DNA from: Candidatus Woesebacteria bacterium
GTDB taxonomy: Bacteria > Patescibacteriota > Microgenomatia > UBA8517
Reading direction: 5' to 3'
Assembly: GCA_963716475.1 (NCBI GenBank)
Contig: OY970314.1
Location: 354,981-418,980, forward strand
DNA: 64,000 nt
Below are positions 55,919 through 64,000 of the stretch, one piece after another (within the stretch, counting starts at the first letter, position 1; each line of letters opens with the position of its first letter). The notes under the pieces were generated by a model. That model was not told where the DNA came from. It did no database searches and saw nothing but the letters and a program-made list of their open reading frames with translations. Both the position numbers and the translations under genes were made by a program.

Positions 55919-55999
55919 ATTTAAATTCTACAATAACTCACGACAAGCTTCGCTTACCAGGGCCCTAACTGGCCATGCTTCGCTTATCTTGCTCATATT
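55906..55999 (-). repeat. GCGAAGC-family repeat with a 16-bp duplication of the eno start
   Basis: TTATCTTGCTCATATT at 55906-55921 and 55984-55999 flanking two TAAGCGAAGC units. Confidence 0.85.
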
Positions 56000-58268
56000 A
56001 AATGTCCTTCTCCGCCTCTGCGATAACTCCACGGACTCTGTCTATAGAATCAGGGTTAATCGAAACACTGGTTATTCCCCATCTTACGAGCTTTTTGACC
56101 AGGTCTTCATACTCACTGGGTGCCTGGCCGCAGATTGAACTGGTTATTCCCGCCTCCGAACACTTTCTTATCACACGTCTTAGTGCCCATAAAACTGCAG
56201 GCGTGCGTTCACTAAACTCGCGTGCAACTTCCGAATTGTCTCTGTCGGTTCCCTCTATGAGCATTGTCAAATCATTACTTCCGATAGAAACTCCGTCAAT
56301 CCCAACTTTAATGAAATCTTCTATTTGAATAACATTAACAGGAATTTCTACCATCATCAAAAATTTAAATGATGCTTTCTCAAATAATCCTTCGCTGGCA
56401 ACCAACCTCCTGACCTTGGCCAGTTCTTCAGGTGACCTTACGAAAGGAATCATCAAATATAAATTATCAAATTTTTCGCGGACAGCTTTAATAGCCTGAA
56501 GTTCCAAGTTGAAGACTTCAGGATTAGACACATACCGATAGGCTCCCCTAAAACCGAGCATCGGGTTGGGCTCTACCGGTTCCCAATTTTTACCACCGAT
56601 AAGAGACCTGTATTCGTTTGTTTTAAAATCGGTTGCCCGGTATACTACCGGCCTGGGATAAAAGGCTTTGCAGAACGTCTCCAGATCACGCGCGAGTTTA
56701 CCAACAAACTTACCCTGCACCTTTCTTTTAATTGCCTCTTTAGGATGAATTCCTATATTTGCCATCATGAATTCCGCGCGGAGAAGTCCGACACCGTCGA
56801 CATTTCTTTTGGCAATTTCTTTTGCCCTCTCAGGCTCCGCCAGATTTACATACACTTTCGTGGCAGTTTTTGTATTTTTATATTTAGGTTTCTCAACCAA
56901 TTTGCTATTTGACAATTGAGTTTTGACATTTGCCCCCATATATATTTCTCCGGCTTCGCCGTTAACCGTAACTATTTCCCCGTCTTTCAATTTCTTAGTT
57001 GCATCATTAGTCCCAACCACACAAGGAATTCCAAGCTCTCTCGAGACTATTGCGGCATGGCTGGTCTGGCCGCCTTCGTCGGTGATGATAGCCGCCGATT
57101 TTTTCATCGCCGGCACATAATCCGGTGATGTCATCGGGGCCACCAACACATCACCTTTTGCAACTTTACCTATCTCTTTAGGGCTTTTGAGTATTTTAAC
57201 GGGACCTGTACCAATTCCCGGAGATGCGGGGCTTCCTGTCAATATCGGAGCTTCAGCGATTTTAAATCCGTTTTTATCTTCTTTCGTGATTCTTGTCGTT
57301 TTAGCAATCGCAGTAACCGGGCGGGTCTGAACTATGAAGAGTTTCCCTTTTTCCTTAGCCCATTCCGTATCCTGAGGGAAATAATAGTGGGTGTGTAACC
57401 TGAATGAAAGTTTGGCCAATTCAACAATTTCCTTATCAGAAATCTTCTGTATGTTCCGTATCTTGCCCGGTACTGCAACTTCCTTGTTTTCACCGCTTTT
57501 AGTCCGGACAAGTTGAGTACCCTGATCCGAAATTTCTTTCGAAAGAATCGCGAAAGTATCTTTTTGCACAACATAAGTGTCGGGAACCACCGATCCCTGG
57601 ACTATCATTTCGCCTAAACCCCAAACAGACTCTATAACAATTCTGTCTTTATCGTCGTTTACAGGATCAATGGAAAACATGACACCGGAAACTTCCGATT
57701 CCACCATTTTTTGCACCGCCACGGATATTTTCACCTTTTCGTGAGGAATCTTATTTTCAACCCGGTAATAAATGGAGCGGCCGGTGAAAAGCGATGCCCA
57801 ACACTCACGCACCGCCGTAAGAACATTTGCTTCACCTTTAACGTTTAAAACCGTGATTCCCATTCCCGCAAAAGAGCTTTGCGGCATATCCTCAGCTGTA
57901 GCCGAAGTGCGGACTGCCACCAGAGCTTTTTTGAAAGCACCTGAAAGTCGTTTATAAGAAGTAATTACCTCACTGATAACCTCGTCAGGAAGTTTGCCAT
58001 TCACAATCATTTTCTGAATCCTACCCGAAGCGCTATCAAGTTGTGCAGGATCGTTTACATCAACGACAGCTAAGATATCGTAAATTTTTTTAACGATATC
58101 GTTCTCTTTTAAAAAGAGGTCGTATGCATTAATTGTAATTGCAAAACCATTCGGAACCGGAAAACCTGCCTGGGTCATTTCACCTAAATTTGCACACTTT
58201 CCGCCAACCAAAGGGGTATCATTTTTATCAATATCTTTAAAGAAGGCTATTATCGGGTGGGCAGACAT
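55998..58268 (-). CDS. ppsA: Phosphoenolpyruvate synthase
   Basis: VGGK.ANLGE, TSHAAIVSRE, GLLRAEF, SIGSNDLT. Confidence 0.96.
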   Translation of the reverse strand: MSAHPIIAFFKDIDKNDTPLVGGKCANLGEMTQAGFPVPNGFAITINAYDLFLKENDIVKKIYDILAVVDVNDPAQLDSASGRIQKMIVNGKLPDEVISEVITSYKRLSGAFKKALVAVRTSATAEDMPQSSFAGMGITVLNVKGEANVLTAVRECWASLFTGRSIYYRVENKIPHEKVKISVAVQKMVESEVSGVMFSIDPVNDDKDRIVIESVWGLGEMIVQGSVVPDTYVVQKDTFAILSKEISDQGTQLVRTKSGENKEVAVPGKIRNIQKISDKEIVELAKLSFRLHTHYYFPQDTEWAKEKGKLFIVQTRPVTAIAKTTRITKEDKNGFKIAEAPILTGSPASPGIGTGPVKILKSPKEIGKVAKGDVLVAPMTSPDYVPAMKKSAAIITDEGGQTSHAAIVSRELGIPCVVGTNDATKKLKDGEIVTVNGEAGEIYMGANVKTQLSNSKLVEKPKYKNTKTATKVYVNLAEPERAKEIAKRNVDGVGLLRAEFMMANIGIHPKEAIKRKVQGKFVGKLARDLETFCKAFYPRPVVYRATDFKTNEYRSLIGGKNWEPVEPNPMLGFRGAYRYVSNPEVFNLELQAIKAVREKFDNLYLMIPFVRSPEELAKVRRLVASEGLFEKASFKFLMMVEIPVNVIQIEDFIKVGIDGVSIGSNDLTMLIEGTDRDNSEVAREFSERTPAVLWALRRVIRKCSEAGITSSICGQAPSEYEDLVKKLVRWGITSVSINPDSIDRVRGVIAEAEKDI

Positions 58269-58283
58269 AAATACATTATATAG

Positions 58284-59300
58284 TTAATGGACGGGTTGCG
58301 AAAGCTTGTTTTTAAGTTCTATGATCCAAGGCTCTGGACCGGGGTCTGTATTTTGAAGCATTGATAAATAAAATCCTACCCACGCACAATAGTGAGGCAG
58401 TTCCAAAGCCTGTACGGATTTGGTTGAACCTTTCAAACCATAATCTTTAGATTGAAGTCCTTGTTCTTTGAAAATATTCTCCGTAACCTGATAACGGGTA
58501 AGAACCCTCGGATGATTAAATTTACTTATAAAGAATAAGTATTTAATATTTGATTTCGCAATATCGGGTTTTTGGGTTGCTTCAATTAAAACATGATTAA
58601 CCTCCGGAAAATCGTAAAATTGAGAAAAGTTTCTGGAAATTTCGCACATAGCATTTCTTCCTGCATTTAGTGCCCCTATAAAGGGACGTCCACTAAAAAG
58701 TACGGGCATAGATCCGTTTAACCATTCAGCCGTTTCCTTAGGGTTCCACGTCTTTCTTATTTCGATAAGCTCATCAAGAGTCAAACTTATTTCCTCCTCG
58801 GTCGTGTTTATTATTCCTGCTTTTGCCAGTACTCCGGCAAGAGCCCCGAGAGAAACTCCGAGACCGCTTTTGGGAAATCCGGAGGGATTTGTTTTACCGG
58901 GAGTAACAATTGCGCCGGGAAATATCTTGTTTTTGATCATTTCTCCAATTCTCCCTCCGGTTGTGACTCCCAGGATTTTAGCTCCAACGGAATTTGCGTA
59001 ATCAATTGCCGATAGCGTTTCCTCGGTATTGCCTGAATACGAATTAACAATTACTAGCGTTTCAGAATTAACCCAGGCGGGTAATCCGTAATCGTTATAA
59101 ACCTCAAAAGGAAATTTTAAGCTTTCCTCATATAAACCTTGGAGTATTTTGCCTGCATTTGACGAACCACCCATTCCGCTAACGATAACGGCTTTAGGTG
59201 AAAATTGAGGAACATCAGAAGCATGGGCTTGCTTCCAGCACTCCCTGATTTGATCCGGAAAAAGTGTCAGAGCCTTTTCAATTCCAAGAGAGTCTTTCAT
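58284..59300 (-). CDS. Bifunctional phosphoglucose/phosphomannose isomerase (SIS)
   Basis: GMGGS, SYSGNTEET, PEVNH. Confidence 0.88.
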   Translation of the reverse strand: MKDSLGIEKALTLFPDQIRECWKQAHASDVPQFSPKAVIVSGMGGSSNAGKILQGLYEESLKFPFEVYNDYGLPAWVNSETLVIVNSYSGNTEETLSAIDYANSVGAKILGVTTGGRIGEMIKNKIFPGAIVTPGKTNPSGFPKSGLGVSLGALAGVLAKAGIINTTEEEISLTLDELIEIRKTWNPKETAEWLNGSMPVLFSGRPFIGALNAGRNAMCEISRNFSQFYDFPEVNHVLIEATQKPDIAKSNIKYLFFISKFNHPRVLTRYQVTENIFKEQGLQSKDYGLKGSTKSVQALELPHYCAWVGFYLSMLQNTDPGPEPWIIELKNKLSQPVH

Positions 59301-60652
59301 CTTGATCTAATTATACTTAAAACTTCGTCTCTTTTAACCTCCATTAATTCTTTCGATTTGGCCTCAAGCGTAAGACGAAGAAGAGGCTCGGTATTACTTG
59401 GCCTGACGCAAAAACGATAGTCCTGATATTCAATAGCTACCCCATCAAGTTTAGAAATCTCAGCATCAGAATATTTTAGGGCAATTTCGTTCATCTTTCC
59501 TTCTTTGTCGGTAACATCACTATTAATCTCACCCGAGATAAAATATTTATTCAAAACCGGAGTCATTACCTCAGACAGTTTTGATCCGGTTTCACTCAAA
59601 TACTCCAATATCTGCATTGGAGGAATCATTCCACAATCGGAATACCAATAATCTCGATAGTATGTATGTCCGCTAGACTCAGCCCCAAAAACAGCATTTT
59701 CACTTTTAAGAACTTCTTTAATATATGAATGTCCGACACGGGATATTACTGCTTCTCCTCCGTTATTTTTAATAGCATCCAGAAGTGCCCAAGTGTATCT
59801 GGGGTCATAAACAATCTTCTCACCCGGATGTTTTTTGAGCATTTGTTTAATTAGAACCGTGTTTAGAAAGTATGGTTCTACAAAAAGTCCTCCATCGGCA
59901 CAGAAAAAGACACGGTCGGAGTCTGCATCCCAAGTTATACCCAAATCTGCACCGCTTGTTTTAACAAGCTCTGAAAATTCAACTCTATTTTCTGGGATAA
60001 ACGGATCGGGCCTTCCTTTGGGGAAAGTCCCATCAGGTTCAAAATTCAATTTAATTAGTTCGATGGGGAGTTTACCCATCTTGAAGATTTTTTCGAATAT
60101 TTTTCCTCCCAAACCAAAATTTGGATTTAAAACAACCTTCATCGGTTTAATTTTTGATGGGTCAATCCAACTCAAAATGTACTTGCAGTAATCTTCCCAG
60201 ATATCCATGTTTCGTACACTACCTTTTTTACCGGAATCAATTTTTTGTCCGGACAAAACAAAGTCTCTGACCTGGCTAATACCGTGCTCCAATGTCATTG
60301 GGGTTGGGCCTTTTTCTACCATTTTCAACCCATGCCATTCAGGAGGGTTGTGTGATGCTGTAGATTGCAAACCACCCCCAAACTTATAATTTCCGACGCC
60401 AAAATAGAGCATGTCTGTAGACATAAACCCGACGTCAACTACATTTACTCCTGCATCGGTAAGACCCCTGATAACACTGTCTTTAATTTCTCCGGAATGA
60501 AGTCTTATATCCATGCCTATCATTACCTCTCCCTCAGGTTTTGCAAAATTTACATAACCTTGACCAATTCTGTAGGCAATATCTTCGTTTATAGAGTCCG
60601 GATAAATTCCTCTTATATCGTAAGCTTTGAAAATTGAAGGGTCGATAGTCAT
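59297..60652 (-). CDS. Phosphomannomutase/phosphoglucomutase
   Basis: FKAYDIRG, TASHNP, DADSDR, ESSGH, RPSNTEP. Confidence 0.95.
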   Translation of the reverse strand: MTIDPSIFKAYDIRGIYPDSINEDIAYRIGQGYVNFAKPEGEVMIGMDIRLHSGEIKDSVIRGLTDAGVNVVDVGFMSTDMLYFGVGNYKFGGGLQSTASHNPPEWHGLKMVEKGPTPMTLEHGISQVRDFVLSGQKIDSGKKGSVRNMDIWEDYCKYILSWIDPSKIKPMKVVLNPNFGLGGKIFEKIFKMGKLPIELIKLNFEPDGTFPKGRPDPFIPENRVEFSELVKTSGADLGITWDADSDRVFFCADGGLFVEPYFLNTVLIKQMLKKHPGEKIVYDPRYTWALLDAIKNNGGEAVISRVGHSYIKEVLKSENAVFGAESSGHTYYRDYWYSDCGMIPPMQILEYLSETGSKLSEVMTPVLNKYFISGEINSDVTDKEGKMNEIALKYSDAEISKLDGVAIEYQDYRFCVRPSNTEPLLRLTLEAKSKELMEVKRDEVLSIIRSR

Positions 60653-60655
60653 TGT

Positions 60656-61330
60656 TTATTCTAATTGCTTAATTATAAGTAGGTCAAGTTCGTTCGTTAA
60701 ATCCGATTTGGAAGATTTGATTTTGATATCAATTTCTGCAAGCTTCCCGATTAATAATTTCAGTTGATCGATAGTAAATTTTGAAGCTTGCCCCTTCAAC
60801 TTCCCCACTCGCCAATTTGGATAGGGGAGACTCGCCGCATCGGTTTTGACCCAGTATAAGTCTCTAAAAAGTTTTGCGATAAGTGTAAAAATAAATTCCG
60901 GAGCTTCCTTTTCAATCAATTCATGAAACTGCTTAATGCTCTTTTCCGAGTTCCCGGGATATAAATTGTCAAGAAAATTCCAGAGGATTACCGGTAATTT
61001 AAATTCCTCGATTTTAATGTCTTTCGGTAGACTTTTAAGAATAGTTTGAGAAACATAGCCTTCATGATAAATAATCAGATTACCCGGAAGTGTGCTTGAA
61101 TTTTTACTAATCCATTCCAGCTCTTTTTTCCCGAGTCTCGTTATGTCTCTGACAATAAAAAATCTTTCGGCTCCGAAAAGCGAAGGGGAACTCAATTGTT
61201 CCCGAATCGATTCGGATTTATCATCAAGATAGGCAACCTCCCAACCCCTGTCCCTGGCTGTTTCTATAAATTTAGAAAGTCTTTCGTACAACTTTCTTTC
61301 ATCATCTCCATGCAAAATTATTATTTTCAT
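60656..61330 (-). CDS. holA: DNA polymerase III delta subunit-like protein
   Basis: IIILHGD, SLFG, D.KIKS. Confidence 0.75.
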   Translation of the reverse strand: MKIIILHGDDERKLYERLSKFIETARDRGWEVAYLDDKSESIREQLSSPSLFGAERFFIVRDITRLGKKELEWISKNSSTLPGNLIIYHEGYVSQTILKSLPKDIKIEEFKLPVILWNFLDNLYPGNSEKSIKQFHELIEKEAPEFIFTLIAKLFRDLYWVKTDAASLPYPNWRVGKLKGQASKFTIDQLKLLIGKLAEIDIKIKSSKSDLTNELDLLIIKQLE

Positions 61331-61332
61331 TT

Positions 61333-61755
61333 TTAAGATTCACGCATATTCTCAAAATACCTTTGAATAAGTTCATCAAGTTTATTATGGAAACTACCCT
61401 TACCGCGCCTTGTGTGCGGCAAGAGTGCGCCTGAAAAATTTTTAGGTATATGGCCTATCTCGTGAAGCAGTACTTTATCCTGATCCCTCGGGGACAATTT
61501 ATCAAAATAGTGCGAGATAACTTCAATAATATAGGCAGGTTCGACATGAAGTGCGTTTTGCCAAAGAGCCGGTAGTCCCCATGTTCTTGCATAGGCACGG
61601 GATTTTGACCCGGTAGATCTATAAAAAAATAATCTCTCACCCAAAAGATAATCAAGCTGAAGATTCTCCATTAAATGAAGAACACGGGCCTTAATATCCG
61701 GCGCCTCCTGCCAATCAAACTTTAAAGACTTCCGTCCCTTCCTTAACCGCCTCAT
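61333..61755 (-). CDS. Putative metallopeptidase
   Basis: RS.GS..RAYAR.WG, LLHEIGH. Confidence 0.8.
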   Translation of the reverse strand: MRRLRKGRKSLKFDWQEAPDIKARVLHLMENLQLDYLLGERLFFYRSTGSKSRAYARTWGLPALWQNALHVEPAYIIEVISHYFDKLSPRDQDKVLLHEIGHIPKNFSGALLPHTRRGKGSFHNKLDELIQRYFENMRES

Positions 61756-61960
61756 TAGTCTTCAATCCTATCACATCCCCTTTGCCAGCGGAATCCTTCT
61801 TTTCGTGTTCGATTTGGATAGACTCGACTTTCTGTTCAAATAAATCTTCCCCTCCCCGGACAAACTTTATACTATCACCGACACTTAATGTCCCATCCAA
61901 ATCAACGATCGCCACACTTAACTTATCGTAATAATGAGAAACATGCCCAACTTTAAACAA
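61715..61960 (-). CDS. Small beta-barrel protein (EF domain II / U32 C-terminal-like)
   Basis: VG.VSHYY...VA....LSVGD...SIQIEH. Confidence 0.8.
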   Translation of the reverse strand: MFKVGHVSHYYDKLSVAIVDLDGTLSVGDSIKFVRGGEDLFEQKVESIQIEHEKKDSAGKGDVIGLKTNEAVKEGTEVFKV

Positions 61961-62492
61961 CTTTTTTCACCTCCTTTTTACCCTCAGGTGAGGGTGTTTT
62001 CTTTTCGGTTAACTTAAATGCATGCGTTAATGCTACGGCAAGTGCGTCAGCTGCGTTGTCAAAATGAGTTTTTTTATGTGCCTCGCTTTTAACGCGATTT
62101 CCTAATATTTTTCTAATATGTTCCTGCACTTCCTTTTTGTTTGCACGCCCGTTTCCGGTTATCATCTTCTTAATCGTACCAGGAGCGTATTCCTCAACAT
62201 GTATTTTGCCTTTACTTGCTGCAAGAAGTATTGCTCCCTGAGCCTGTCCGACAGCGATGACGGTTTTGGCATTGGTTGCAAAGAATATTTTTTCAAATAC
62301 AAAAACGTCGGGTTTATGTTTTTTAATAAGACGGAGAGTCTCCTCAAATATAAAGTCTAACCGGGTTTCTTTAAGAAGTTTTTTGTCAGTTTCAATAAGT
62401 CCCCAATCCACGACCTCATTGCCTTTCTCACTTAAATTAACCAAACCGAATCCGGTAGTAGCAGTACCTGGATCAATTCCGAGTATGAGCAT
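61953..62492 (-). CDS. ruvC: Holliday junction resolvase RuvC
   Basis: ILGIDPG, E..FF, G.G.A.K, D.ADALAVA. Confidence 0.96.
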   Translation of the reverse strand: MLILGIDPGTATTGFGLVNLSEKGNEVVDWGLIETDKKLLKETRLDFIFEETLRLIKKHKPDVFVFEKIFFATNAKTVIAVGQAQGAILLAASKGKIHVEEYAPGTIKKMITGNGRANKKEVQEHIRKILGNRVKSEAHKKTHFDNAADALAVALTHAFKLTEKKTPSPEGKKEVKKVV

Positions 62493-62530
62493 AGCCTAGT
62501 CTAACACATTACTTTCTTCCTTTTTTTCCC

Positions 62531-62773
62531 TCATTTTTTGGAGATCATAAAGATATAAATGATATCAAGTATCCCCAAAGTATGGACCAGTAGTAAAATT
62601 ACAAACCAGACTTTATTGCTATCCCTGGCGGCTCTCCAAAGAGCCCATCCCATCCAAAAAAGACTCCAAAGTGAAATCGGGATCAATAAAATTCCAAGCC
62701 ATCCGGCTAAAAGTCCGGGAAACAATATGTTTGTGGGATTTGTCCCAAAGTAGTTATACATCATCATCACCAC
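62531..62773 (-). CDS. DUF5652-like small membrane protein
   Basis: WSL.W.G.ALWRAA....VWF..LL...TLGIL.IIY. Confidence 0.8.
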   Translation of the reverse strand: MVMMMYNYFGTNPTNILFPGLLAGWLGILLIPISLWSLFWMGWALWRAARDSNKVWFVILLLVHTLGILDIIYIFMISKK

Positions 62774-62820
62774 CTTCTAACCTAACTTTAATCCTTGGTA
62801 AAGAATTCTACAAGTAAGAT

Positions 62821-63183
62821 TTAATCAACATATATAATCCTTGCCGATGAAATTTTACCTTTATTGATTTCCAAAGCTACAACTTCAATTCTTAATTTTT
62901 TCGGTAAGTCCGGATGCAGCAACGAATAATACTCCCCTGTTCGGCCGATTTTCCAGAGTTTTGAGGGTGTTACGGACTCTTCAGGTTTCCCAAATTTTGC
63001 ACTCCATCTGGCCTTGACTTCAACAAACACAAGGCAACCGTCCTTAATTGCAACGATATCGATTTCTCCAAACTTACTTCTGAAATTTCTGTCAACTACC
63101 TTGTAGCCATTTCTTATAAGAAGCTTAACGGCAAAATCCTCAGCGAGTTTTCCTTGTACGTTTGATGGGCCTTTTTTCTCCAC
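62821..63183 (-). CDS. YraN (UPF0102) family protein
   Basis: RNFR..GEIDIVA...LVFVEVKAR. Confidence 0.92.
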   Translation of the reverse strand: MEKKGPSNVQGKLAEDFAVKLLIRNGYKVVDRNFRSKFGEIDIVAIKDGCLVFVEVKARWSAKFGKPEESVTPSKLWKIGRTGEYYSLLHPDLPKKLRIEVVALEINKGKISSARIIYVD

Positions 63184-63529
63184 TCTTTATTCTAACCGCG
63201 GCCTTTTTAAAAATCATCTCTACTTCTGTTGGAGCTTTTTCTCTTGTATAGTAAAGCTTGGCTCTTTTGACACCCTCTATCCCCCTTTTAACAACAACGA
63301 TTTTGTCGATAGTAGGCAAGCCAACTGGAAAAATTCTTTCAATTCCGATTCCTGCTTCACCGACTCTTCTGACAACAAATGTTTTCCCCGGGTCTCTGCC
63401 CTTAATCCCCATAACCATACCTTCAAATATGGCCTCGCGGGACTTGTCGCCCTCTTTGATCTTTTGGACAACACGCACCCTATCTCCTACTCCAAACTCA
63501 GTATCTTTAAGTGTGATTTTTAGCGCCAT
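63140..63529 (-). CDS. rplS: 50S ribosomal protein L19
   Basis: GD.V.V..KIKEG...FEG...GIERIFP...RAKLYY. Confidence 0.96.
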   Translation of the reverse strand: MALKITLKDTEFGVGDRVRVVQKIKEGDKSREAIFEGMVMGIKGRDPGKTFVVRRVGEAGIGIERIFPVGLPTIDKIVVVKRGIEGVKRAKLYYTREKAPTEVEMIFKKAAVRIKSGEKRPIKRTRKTR

Positions 63530-63575
63530 AGGTTGGTATTGTACAGAAAAACTCCATTAGCTTCAAGCCTCCAAA

Positions 63576-64000
63576 TTATGGCTCGTTATTTTCGATTATC
63601 TCGGCTATCTGCTTGGCCAAAGTTTCATTCCAAACAATTCTGAAAGGTAATTTAATCTTTTTACCTCCCTCAAATACCAAATACCCGGTTTGATCACCCA
63701 AATTTCCGGTAAGAAGAGTTTTCAACCTCTTTAGAGAGTTTAAATCGGTGTTTTTTGGAACTTTGATAAATACTTCCCTCTCCTTTTCCTGGCTCAAACT
63801 CGATAAGGTTTCGGTGGATTCAACCAGGATTGCAGGGGTTTCATCACGGGTATCAACTTTGCCTGTAATCAAAAGGGGCTGACCCTCCACCCAAAAATCT
63901 CTGGATGTCTTAAAAATCTTCGGGAATATAACCAATTCGAGGGTCCCCGTCCCGTCGTCAAACTTGGCAAAAGCCATTTCGGCTCCGGTTTTTCTGGTCG
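63576..64000 (-). CDS. dnaE: DNA polymerase III alpha subunit, 3' end (runs off the window)
   Basis: OB-fold K.G.EMAF...DD.TG.LE.VIFP. Confidence 0.85.
   Translation of the reverse strand, partial: TRKTGAEMAFAKFDDGTGTLELVIFPKIFKTSRDFWVEGQPLLITGKVDTRDETPAILVESTETLSSLSQEKEREVFIKVPKNTDLNSLKRLKTLLTGNLGDQTGYLVFEGGKKIKLPFRIVWNETLAKQIAEIIENNEP

Noticed and set aside
524-63560. Many short antisense or alternative-frame ORFs inside tig, uvrA/B, eno, ppsA, the helicase and others
   Set aside because: Shadow ORFs of well-supported genes.

Overview
Genomic window of a small-genome bacterium using genetic code 11, inferred to be Patescibacteria/CPR (Microgenomates-like) from its DUF5660/DUF5652-like proteins, PPIase-less trigger factor, short UvrC and many near-leaderless genes. 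It holds 14 tRNA genes, housekeeping genes (tig, dinB, pyrG, DRG GTPase, secG, uvrABC, lexA, gpmI-eno-ppsA-pgi/pmi-pmm, holA, ruvC, rplS, end of dnaE) and a ~16.8 kb integrative element in tRNA-Leu(TAA), bounded by a 21-bp direct repeat (19120-19140 / 35866-35886). The element encodes a large serine recombinase, a primase/helicase/SSB replication module and membrane or secreted cargo, but no recognisable capsid or conjugation genes. Main observations: (1) the recombinase ORF runs through the att core, so excision would swap its last 2 residues for a 34-residue tail encoded at the far end of the element; (2) the last three cargo genes are each bracketed by a co-oriented AGTGAGTTRG repeat, a cassette-like array that starts at the stop codon of that alternative tail; (3) an iteron-like symmetric repeat array lies inside the helicase 3' end; (4) a host repeat family built on TAAGCGAAGCTTGGCCA occurs with local target duplications next to tRNAs and eno; (5) a TTCG-N7-TTCG candidate LexA box sits at both lexA and the dinB operon; (6) a promoter-leader-terminator candidate cis-regulatory RNA precedes a lysozyme-like gene. 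Family calls come from motif recognition only; no database searches were run.
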